From the IMG/VR virus record IMGVR_UViG_3300027896_000023, positions 1 through 64,000 of that record: 64,000 nt of DNA; one strand, written 5' to 3'. Origin of the DNA: a virus. Below are positions 51,130 to 60,300 of the stretch, one piece after another (positions within the stretch are counted from its first letter, which is position 1; each line of letters opens with the position of its first letter). A model generated the notes under the pieces. It was not told the origin of the DNA and searched no databases. It was given only the letters and a program-made list of their open reading frames with translations. Made by a program: the position numbers and the translations under genes.

Positions 51130-51447
51130 TCAATCTCTAAGGATACCAGTCCAGACTGGTTGATTGAAAATTGCGCTTATTCTGTTGAGTTTATTGCATT
51201 TGTACTGTCGACATAGAGTCGGTTGATGCTTGTAATTTGTGCAGTATCCAAAAGCTGAGAAGCTGCAGCAGCCGTGACCGTATTGTCTCCAGGGTTTATC
51301 TATGATTGCAGTGTTGGTTTTCACACCGTCTTTTAGTAGGCGTTTGAAACGGAACATGTAAACGTAGTTGGTGCTTCCGCAGCAGGCGCCTCGGCAGATC
51401 CCAACACACAGCAATATGGAGATACAGCTGTAGATAAAACGCTTCAA
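51130..51447 (-). CDS. YkgJ-like Cys-cluster protein
   Basis: CVGICRGACC...C.....C..Y...P..CRQY.C. Confidence 0.65.
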   Translation of the reverse strand: MKRFIYSCISILLCVGICRGACCGSTNYVYMFRFKRLLKDGVKTNTAIIDKPWRQYGHGCCSFSAFGYCTNYKHQPTLCRQYKCNKLNRISAIFNQPVWTGILRD

Positions 51448-51956
51448 GTGTCGTCACCTTTCTGGAAGCAGAACCACCATGTTTGGCTACGTGGCTGTGT
51501 GGATCCGCGTCGACGTACTCCTCGTGAACCGCCAACGATGGATCCGAACTTGTATTGTACCGGGAACAACGCCAGCACTTTCTTAGCTGGTATGTGGTTG
51601 TCGTTCCATTTGAAGAGTAATACACCTGTAGGTTTCAGCACCCTCCAGATCTCCAGGAACGCCAGGGCGAGATCACGTGGCCAGGTTTCACGCTGCAGCA
51701 GCCCGAACTTTTCTGTCATGAAACTGGGTTTACCTTCTACCGTGTAGACCATGTGAGGCGGATCCCAGTTTACCGTTTGGAAGGTTCCAGATGCAAAAGG
51801 CAGATAGGCCCACACGGCAACAATGTCCGGGTGCACCTCTCGGCGTTGATCCATGAACACTGCAGCAGGATCATGTTTGTCACGCCACATTGCCCTGTAA
51901 CTACAGGCGCAGTCTAGGATCTTGGGGTTAGCGCCAAAAGACGCTGAGTCACCCAG
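51444..51956 (-). CDS. Phage-type SAM-dependent (probably amino) DNA methyltransferase
   Basis: Frame extends upstream to ILDCACSYR (probable CTG start after GGAG); WDPPH; WRVLKPTGVLLFKWN. Confidence 0.75.
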   Translation of the reverse strand: MGDSASFGANPKILDCACSYRAMWRDKHDPAAVFMDQRREVHPDIVAVWAYLPFASGTFQTVNWDPPHMVYTVEGKPSFMTEKFGLLQRETWPRDLALAFLEIWRVLKPTGVLLFKWNDNHIPAKKVLALFPVQYKFGSIVGGSRGVRRRGSTQPRSQTWWFCFQKGDDT

Positions 51957-52152
51957 GGGTGTGCAACTCCTGTTTTTCGTTTTCTTTCAGCCGTTGCAAA
52001 CCATATTCAACTGCATGTGTTAAGCTTGCAAATCGTTTCAGATCAACCATTTTATCTACCCATACAATCAATTCTGAATCTAAGGCAATGCTGGTTTTCT
52101 TTTTACTCATTGAACTCAACCTTGTCAAAAACTTGTAGATCCCAGCGAACAA
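51949..52152 (-). CDS. Ribbon-helix-helix protein (start probably at MSKKK)
   Basis: KTSIALDSELIVWVDKMV..KRFASLTHAVE. Confidence 0.7.
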   Translation of the reverse strand: MFAGIYKFLTRLSSMSKKKTSIALDSELIVWVDKMVDLKRFASLTHAVEYGLQRLKENEKQELHTPG

Positions 52153-52485
52153 CTATCATGCCGCCGAAGCGAGATACTCCAGTTGACTTGAAGCCTTTAG
52201 ATCGTAGCTTCCGGGCTTTCACTGCGAAGATGTCTTTTGTTGGTTTGCAGGTTATGTCGTAACGTAGAAGCTTCATGAATCTACTCATCATTCTTCACCT
52301 GTAGCAAACTCTATGTCTCCGTCTTCACATGGGCTTGGGCAGGTTCTGCAGTCCTCAATTTTATAGGTATCCATATCGTCACAGGGAACCTTCACTGGCT
52401 GGTCACCATACACGTTTGTTCGTGCTTTTCGTAGGGCCTGAACTCGCTTGAGTAAGTTATCTTTCTCAGTCCAGAAGTTACTCAT
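52103..52485 (-). other. Two small hypothetical ORFs
   Basis: ATGA coupling; the minus-strand motif at 52293 acts as RBS. Confidence 0.5.
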
Positions 52486-53084
52486 TGTGGTTTCCTCTCA
52501 AAAATTACAGCGAAGTTAGTTATGCCGTCTGTTTCTTTTTTTATTTGAGACCCAAAGATTTTGAATTTATGCATGGTGAATTGGGTTTTCCACCAGGAGT
52601 CAGGTAGAATACTAACATGTGATCCATCTCGACCGTTGTCGATTATTGGAACTTGCACCAATATATTGCGCTTAGCTATCCTGCAGATATGATCTATTGT
52701 TTTTGGGAGTTTCGTTTTCTCAATGTGTTCCAGAACATCTACAGCTGTAACTAAATCAAACTCGCGGTCTTTGTAGTCGCCCAGGCAAACTGTGATGTCA
52801 CCCTGTTTTAGAAACTGCTTGACCTGTGAATCACCATGTTCAATTGCCCATGTGCTGATGTCAATACCGTATGACTCTATTCCCAGATTGCGGAGTGCAC
52901 GTGTGAAGTATCCTCTGGCGCAGCCAAGTTCAAGTGTTGTTTTAGGATGTAACCAATTGAATGTTGTTTTAGCCATTGGTTCAAGACGAAGCATCTGTAT
53001 ATCTGTATATGGAAAGTATACTCCACCGTAACCGCTTTTGTTGCCAGTCATGTAGTAGTCTTCATCGTAGTAACTCATCGCCAT
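52482..53084 (-). CDS. Class I SAM-dependent methyltransferase
   Basis: LELGCARG, GIDIS, FDLV...DVLEHI. Confidence 0.85.
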   Translation of the reverse strand: MAMSYYDEDYYMTGNKSGYGGVYFPYTDIQMLRLEPMAKTTFNWLHPKTTLELGCARGYFTRALRNLGIESYGIDISTWAIEHGDSQVKQFLKQGDITVCLGDYKDREFDLVTAVDVLEHIEKTKLPKTIDHICRIAKRNILVQVPIIDNGRDGSHVSILPDSWWKTQFTMHKFKIFGSQIKKETDGITNFAVIFERKPQ

Positions 53085-53686
53085 CCATACCTCGCAAAAC
53101 TATCTATCGATCGACTGCCTTCATTCATTCCAGTTAACCAGGATCTAGGAACAAGTATGAATGGATCACCACTTGCTTCAGGACGCGGCTGCAGAGATAC
53201 AGTCTCGAATGGCACTCGTGGAAAATTCAAATGAAGCGTCTGCATCATTTGCCTTTCAAAGTAAATCTCATGGTTTTTCGGTACAAGTATTTTGCAGAGA
53301 TCACAGAACGGTTGGCGATCGGGCCTGATTAGGAACATGCCAAGTTTCGGATCGTCAACAACGTAGAGGTAACGCACATTGATTTTTTGAAGATGCCTAG
53401 CGATAAACCAGGGGATTGCTTCAACAGAGAAGTTGCCTGTTGAGTCTGCTGTTCTCGTGCAGTCTTTACATTCTAGAAGGTAGCATTCAGCGCCGCCTCG
53501 TGTGGCCAAGTAATCTGGTCTGGTTCGCACGTATAAGCTGGTGCTGTCGTAGACGCCTTGTAATGCTTCAACTACAGGTGTAGGATAATGTTCAACTCCG
53601 AATGGAGTTATGGTCCACCCGGCATCTGATAAGGCGTGAACCAGTTTGTCAGCTGTCGACGTGAAGTCTTCAGGTCTAAACGTCAA
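53075..53686 (-). CDS. PD-(D/E)xK restriction-like nuclease
   Basis: RPDYL...LLECK. Confidence 0.65.
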   Translation of the reverse strand: MTFRPEDFTSTADKLVHALSDAGWTITPFGVEHYPTPVVEALQGVYDSTSLYVRTRPDYLATRGGAECYLLECKDCTRTADSTGNFSVEAIPWFIARHLQKINVRYLYVVDDPKLGMFLIRPDRQPFCDLCKILVPKNHEIYFERQMMQTLHLNFPRVPFETVSLQPRPEASGDPFILVPRSWLTGMNEGSRSIDSFARYGWR

Positions 53687-54887
53687 GATTACTCAGCCTC
53701 TGCTGCATTGTTTTGAATGTGTCAGAGTTCTGTTCGATACCTATAGATTTGCGTTTCAATCGTTTAGCTGCAGCAAGTGTTGTACCTGATCCAGCGCATG
53801 GATCTAAGATTACTCCGTTGGGTGGACAAAAGGTTCTGATGATGTGGTCAAGTTCTGCTTCTGCCTGTTGCCATTCATGGTGATTCTTTTCTAAGCCTGC
53901 ACCGTTGATGACGTCGCCGAAGTAATCTGGCAAACTCAATGGCGGTTTATAGAACACTATGATAGGTTTCCAATCGCAGAATACGTGTCTCGAATGAACC
54001 AGAACATGTTGTTGCTGTGTGAGGGCAATGATCCAGAAATACTCCAGGTGTTTCTTCATCATCTCCAGAACAGTTGGCAAATAAAAGTGACCGCAATACG
54101 TCACTAAATATCCACCTGGTACCAAGACTCGTTTAGCAAACACCGCCAGGTCTTCCCACAGAGACAGGTATTCTCCCATATATGGTGGGTCTGTTAAGAC
54201 CAGCTGCACGCTATCGTCTGCTACCCCGGCTGTTCGGAAGTCTCCCAGCATCAAACTTATGTCATCAGGCATCTTTTTTTTAATTTCTGCTAAGGAGTCA
54301 TTTTTGGTTTCTTGTCGTTCTTTTTCGGTAACTATGTTGTATGCTGATCCGATAGTTCGTTTGCCATTCTCAAGTTCTTTTATAGTGTGGGCATCGGCGT
54401 TCTTTCGGATCTTGATAACTCGTGCTACTGTTCGTGGGCTAACACCTGATTGCTGGGCTATGATCTCGTTAACTTGGAAGTTACCATCTTTGCCATTTGG
54501 CACACGTGGTTTAAACTGTCCTGTACCGTCGTCTCTTTCATGTTGTAACCGGGCTTTTTCCCGGTAGATCTCCAACCTTAAACATTCCAAGCTGACTCTT
54601 TGGAAATCATTTAGATGCCGACGTTTCAAGTTGACGTCAAGAATATACAGCTTGGTGTCAAGTTCACTGTCGAAATGTTTGACGGTGATTTTGTCGTCAG
54701 GGATAGTTTGGTTTAGTTCACTGCAGATTTGCAATCGTGTGTGACCATCGATAACCGTCCCATCTTCCAACGCTTCCAAGTTAGACATCAAACCGTCGAT
54801 CATTACGCTTAGTTTCAAAGCGTCATACTGTTCTTTTACTGGACGTGGCACAAGCGCCAAGTATTCGGGGTTTACTTTAAGTTGCAT
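53676..54887 (-). CDS. ParB-N domain + N4/N6 DNA methyltransferase
   Basis: IDGHTRL, NL.RRHL; LTDPPY; ILDPCAGSGTT; IGIE. Confidence 0.88.
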   Translation of the reverse strand: MQLKVNPEYLALVPRPVKEQYDALKLSVMIDGLMSNLEALEDGTVIDGHTRLQICSELNQTIPDDKITVKHFDSELDTKLYILDVNLKRRHLNDFQRVSLECLRLEIYREKARLQHERDDGTGQFKPRVPNGKDGNFQVNEIIAQQSGVSPRTVARVIKIRKNADAHTIKELENGKRTIGSAYNIVTEKERQETKNDSLAEIKKKMPDDISLMLGDFRTAGVADDSVQLVLTDPPYMGEYLSLWEDLAVFAKRVLVPGGYLVTYCGHFYLPTVLEMMKKHLEYFWIIALTQQQHVLVHSRHVFCDWKPIIVFYKPPLSLPDYFGDVINGAGLEKNHHEWQQAEAELDHIIRTFCPPNGVILDPCAGSGTTLAAAKRLKRKSIGIEQNSDTFKTMQQRLSNLDV

Positions 54888-55226
54888 CTACATTTCTCCT
54901 ACAAAGTCTTGTATTTGATTTGTTACTTTCTCCAGTTCCGCTTCAGTAAGCGGAGGATTATATGTTATACGCAATACACTCCAGCCTCTTATCTCAAGCA
55001 AATTCTTGATTTCTTCATCATACTCCTGCTTCTGCTGGTGCACCTGTTGACCATCAAGGTAAACAACTTTACGTTTTTCATTCCACATAAAATCAGGGAT
55101 AGTTAATTTAAGAACCACCGGCTGCTGAGTCACCATGCCTTTCGTTAATCCACGTTTGCTAAGTTCCTGGAACACTTGGATCTCTGCCTTGCTTACCGAA
55201 GGATGCATGTTTTTCTTATAGGACAT
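54888..55226 (-). CDS. DUF559/Vsr-like nuclease
   Basis: IPDF...VVYLDG..H...L..RGWSVLRI. Confidence 0.8.
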   Translation of the reverse strand: MSYKKNMHPSVSKAEIQVFQELSKRGLTKGMVTQQPVVLKLTIPDFMWNEKRKVVYLDGQQVHQQKQEYDEEIKNLLEIRGWSVLRITYNPPLTEAELEKVTNQIQDFVGEM

Positions 55227-56916
55227 TTAATACATTTGTCCTGGCTGTGGGTTCTGGATGTTCCAACGTTTCTGCCTGGCAGATTCAACTACTCGACGTA
55301 GTTGTTCTGTGAACTCTGCATCTTTCAGCAAAGCAGCTGTATCTTCCAGTTTCTTTAGGTAAGGCTGCACCCAGTCGACGTCAATGATAACATTTGGAGG
55401 AGTAACAAGCACAACGTATTGTGGTTCGTTGCCTGTACTTTTCAAAGCATCCTCCAGTTTTTGCACCAGCTTGTTGGCTTCTTCTTGCTGCAGTGTATCG
55501 TTTAGAATGCGTACGTGGATAACTCGTATGTCTTTACGAATTACGCCAGTGTTTGGATCTCGAAGAGAATGCCCTTTGTTGTTGTCACTCATCTTGATCT
55601 ATTCTCCATCGAACAAAAGTTGATTCAGACAAGTCTTTGTAGACGTCTTTCGCCTGGTCGCCTGTGATTCCGTTACCTTTTTCATCACTCATTATTTCTG
55701 CACCTGTAGTTATCTTGCCCCTACAACAGAGGCGCTCGTCAACACCTTGATGTATCAGAGTAAGCCTCGTATTTGCAGAGGTTTCAAGACTAAGTTAAAG
55801 TTGTACTTGTTTACCGCCTTTCTCAGCAACATACTCTTCTTCTTTCACAGCTGGAGTTGCTGGTACAGAGGGCTCAAGGATTGTAGTTTTCTTCTTGATA
55901 ATGACCGTTTGTCCGCAGCTGGGGCATTTGACATCGCAGATGTATTTTTCTCTTTTTATTGGTTTATCCGGCATTACTTCACCCCCTGTCTTTTCTTAAG
56001 AAAAGTGTTCACAAGATCCGCTGCTTTAGTGCGTAATGTGTTGGGTGGAGAATGAACGTACGCTTTAGAGACCACTACCTGTTCTGTCAGTAACCCGCCT
56101 GTTTCGCTTTTCTCCATTATAAATACAGCGACGTCGCCCTCCTGCATACCCAGGGCTTCAGACAACTCGATTGTAGCTTTGTTCTTCTTATCTACAGGTG
56201 GAGGATTGTTGTCTTCGAAGAAGTTTGGTTTAGGATACTTTGCTTCAACCATTAAGTTGGCCCCCGCAATGCCTTCATTTTCATAGCTGTCAGCTGGCAC
56301 ACTATTGTGTCGCCGATTGTTGGTCTACCCATAGTTTCGTACTCGTCAGGCGGCATGTTAAAAACTATTGTAGACGTCATGCATTCACGTCGCATCATAC
56401 CTGGTCCGAAACTCAATATGCCCGGCGGCAACATTTTCTCAAAGGATTTTCCAATTTTTTCGGCTACGAGGTCTTCATCAGTTTTAAAATTATCTTCTAA
56501 AGAATTTTTCTTTTCAAGTCCATTTTGAAGATGGCAATGAAGCATTATTTTTCCACAGTCGTTGCAGATGCCTGATCCTTTAACAGTGAATCGCATTGTT
56601 ACTTTCATGGGCGTTTTCCTCCCATAGCTACATACTCTTGCCATTCAGCCTCAGTCTGTGGGCCCGCTGGTCCGAAGCGTTCAATTGCTTTTCTTGCAAC
56701 CTCAAAAGGATTTGGTTTCTCTGGTGCAGCTGCTACGATTTCTCGTTCCATGTTAACGTAGAAACTTATGGTTGTCTCGATTGTTCGGTCGTTTTCAATA
56801 GCTAGTTCTTTGCGGCATGGCCATTGACCTATAACAGCGTAGCCTTCTCGTGCACGCAAGTTCAGGTACTCTTCCAGTTTGGAAGCTTCAACAGATATGA
56901 ATGAGTAGCCTTTCAC
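55227..56916 (-). other. Hypothetical ORFs (55227-55592, 55974-56300, 56252-56644, 56605-56916)
   Basis: Tiled minus-strand ORFs. Confidence 0.55.
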
Positions 56917-56918
56917 GT

Positions 56919-57047
56919 TTACCCCTCCTTTGTAACTAAAATAACAAGGTATTCAGGGATAGCAACGTTCATTGCTTTCGCCTTTTTCTTGATTTGTTCA
57001 AAGAATTCTTGGCGAACTGTTATTGCTTTATAGCCTTTTCTTGGCAT
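56919..57047 (-). CDS. 42-aa ribbon-helix-helix repressor (MPRKGYKAITVRQEFFEQIKKKA...IPEYL)
   Basis: RHH pattern, GGAG RBS, first gene after a TATA box. Confidence 0.65.
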   Translation of the reverse strand: MPRKGYKAITVRQEFFEQIKKKAKAMNVAIPEYLVILVTKEG

Positions 57048-57097
57048 AATCTCCCTCGTTGTACTGTACCGTTGTACAGTTCGCCTTATATATTTTT
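57048..57097 (-). promoter_or_regulatory. Promoter with a GGTACAGTACAA box
   Basis: Minus strand AAAAATATATAAGGCGAACTGTACAACGGTACAGTACAACGAGGGAGATT. Confidence 0.6.
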
Positions 57098-57100
57098 GGC

Positions 57101-57391
57101 TTAAGCAGTAACAAGCACGAATGAACCATCTTGTTTAGATGGACGACTTTCAAAAAGGGCAGAAAAAATATAGAAATACGTTCCTTTGGGTAACCCGCTT
57201 GTATCGAAATATGCTTGAAACGTGCCTGTCCGTATTTTTTCCACGATCAGATTTGTTTGAATTACACGTCCACGATTATCATGGACTTCGCATAAAGGTG
57301 TAGTGTCTGGATCCATAAGCTGGTTGCCTTCACTGAAGTATTGTGCTTCCAGAACTACGGTATCTCCAACTAAATAATCTGTCACATTCAT
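57101..57391 (-). CDS. Small Ig-like virion protein
   Basis: GDTVVL...DP....GTF.AYFDT...GTYFY. Confidence 0.55.
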   Translation of the reverse strand: MNVTDYLVGDTVVLEAQYFSEGNQLMDPDTTPLCEVHDNRGRVIQTNLIVEKIRTGTFQAYFDTSGLPKGTYFYIFSALFESRPSKQDGSFVLVTA

Positions 57392-60300
57392 CGCCTCTTA
57401 GTATGAAGCTTAGCCTTTACAAGTCTCTCCGTATGTGTCCGTTTGTATTTAACTATTCTCCTGATGTGAAAACTGCAAGGCATGTTACTCCAAGGTGGGC
57501 TAAGTTTAAAGATGTTAGATAGATCTGCGGACCCGACGTTTCGAACAGTAAATTCTTCCAGGAGATCTTCAGCTGCAGATTTACGGATAGTGAAGCTACT
57601 GTGGACTTCAGCCTGGTTACTGTTTTGGATTGTTAGGCTGGATTGCAAGTTGCGTTGACCAATGTTTCGTACAATGAATTCTTCTTCCAGGTCAACTGCA
57701 CTGTGGTATCTTGGCAGGAAACTACCGCTGAGGTCTCGGCTGGCTGGATGCCGCACAATAAACTTGCATGATTCGTTCTTGCTGGAAGCTTTCTGTATAG
57801 TAAAGCTCGAGGAGGCGTCTTTGGTTTTTTGAGTTCTGACTGCGAAGCTACAGCTGAAGTTCACGCTTGCGGATCTGCGGATCGTAAAGTTAGCTGACCT
57901 GTCTTTGCTGCTGGATTTCCGTAGAGTTATGGATGATGATAAGTTTTTGATGCCTTTGTTCTGTACTGTTATGTTGCTGGAACAATCTTTGCTGCTGCTG
58001 CAGCGTATGGTGAAACTAGAGGACAAGTCTTTGGTTGATGTTTTGCGTATTGTGTAGCTGCAAGATAGCTGTTTTGTAGCTACTTTACGGATGGTGCAGC
58101 TCGAGGAGAGATCCTTACTAACGGCTTTTCTACAGGTGAAGCTTGATGAAAGGTCTAAGCTTGCGGATCTGCGGATTGTGAAACTTACTGAGTGATCTTT
58201 GCTGGTTGATTTTCTAATTGTCCAGGATGATGAAAGCTTCTTGCTGCTGTTGTTCTTGACTGTAACTGATGTGTGTACGCCGTCTGCGTATGATGTTCCG
58301 CCTAACGTGAAGTTACAGCTTAAGTCTATGCTGATGATGCGTAGGTTGAAGCTGCTTGATAGATTCTTAGTAGCCGGTGTTCGTATGGTGAAGCTACTGT
58401 GGAGATCTTTGCTGGTGGCTTTACGTAATGTTACGTTTGACGATAAGTCTTTAGCGGTAGATTTTCTAATTGTGAAACTGCTGGAGAGATCTTGGAGACT
58501 TGTTCTTCTGAGAGTAACGCTTGTACTGACATCAGTGTATGTGGATTTACGTAAAGTCCACGACGATGATAGGTCTCGGTTGGATGGTTGGCGAACTGTG
58601 AAGCTTGAAGATATGTCCTGGCCAACTGCTTCTCTGACGTCGAATGAAGCGCTTAAGTTTCTGCTTGCTGAACGCTGAATTGTGAAGGAACAGCTTGCAT
58701 TTGCAAGTGATTGTTTTCTGCAGGTGAAACTTGAGATAAGGTTAATGCCGGCTGGGATGGCAACTTCGAAGCTTGACTGCAGGTCTCGTGATCCGTGATT
58801 ACGGATTGTAACTGAGGTGTGTTCATCTTGGCTACTGGTTTTGCGGATAGAAAAGCTGGAGTGCAATTGGGCGATGGTTGATTTTCTACAGGTGAAGCTA
58901 CAGCTTAGTTCTCGGCTGGAGTTGTTGCGGACTGTAACTGATGCAGACAGATCAGCGGTTGAGAATTTGCGGATAGTAAATGAAGAAGAAATATCACAGG
59001 TAGAGGATTTTTCGATAGCGAATGATGAGGAAAGGTCTTCGTATATTCCGACTTTTTCAATGGTGAATGATGAGAACACATCGACGTAGCTGGTTTTTCT
59101 TATAGTGCAGTTGGAGGAAAAATCTTGGCTGCTTGATTTGAGAAGGGTAACACTGGAGGAGAGATCAATTGAAGATGCCTTACGTATAGTAAACGAAGAT
59201 GATAATTCCCAGGAGGAGAACCAGTAAACTCCGAACGAGCTACCAAGGTTTGTGCTTGAGGTCTTTCTACATATAAAGGATGATGGCATGTTCATGCTGT
59301 TCGGGCTGGTAACGAACATGCTGGATGAGAGGGCTTTGGATCCACGGTTACGGATAGTGACTGATGATGAGAGATAGATTGCTGCAGATTTACGGAGAGT
59401 AACACTTGCACTGATGTCCGCATATACTGATTTACGTATAGTAACTGAAGATGATAGATTAGCAGACGTAGCTTTTCTTACGGTGAAAGATGATGAGACC
59501 GCTTTCGCTGAGGATTTACGCAGAGTTACTGAACTGGAACAATCTATACCGGCTATTTTGCGAAGAGTAAATGATGATGAAACGTCAGCTGTCTTCTCTT
59601 TCTCCAGGGTAAAGCTTGATGAAAGATCTACAGTCGCGGATTTTCTTAAAGTAACCGAGACACTAAGCTGTTTAGAGGATACTTTCCGTATTGTGAAGCT
59701 ACCAGATAAATCGGTTGATGCTGGTTTTCTACAGGTGAAGCTACCAGATAAGTCTCGGCTGGCTGATCGACGAATTACAAACGAAGAAGTCAGATTTTGA
59801 GATGATGATTTCTCTATAGTGAATGATGAGGACAGATCTAATAGGCTTGATTTTCTTACAGTAAAGCTGGATGATAGGTTTTTGCTGTTTACTTTACGAA
59901 TTGTGAAACTGGAAGACAGAACAGTAGTTGATTTGTTGCGTATGGTGACGCTGCTTTGTTGGTCGCAGCTGGTTGCTTTTCGCAGTGTGATGCTGCCGCT
60001 GAGGTCTATAGTTGACGTTTTTCGAATTGTGCATGAAGCAGATAATCTAACGTAAGCAGATTTCCTGATGGTGAAAGACGAGGATACGTCTACAGCTGCA
60101 GCTTTCAGTATTGTGAAGATCGAAGAAAGATCAGCGATAGTTGATTTTCTAATTGTCCAGGAAGACGACAAGTCTACACTGGCAGCCTTGCGAATCGTGA
60201 AGCTTGATGAAAGATTCACACTGCTGCTTTTTCTAATGGTGAATGATGTAGAGAGGTCTTTGAGACTGGTTTTGCGGATGGAAAAGCTTGAGGATAAGTC

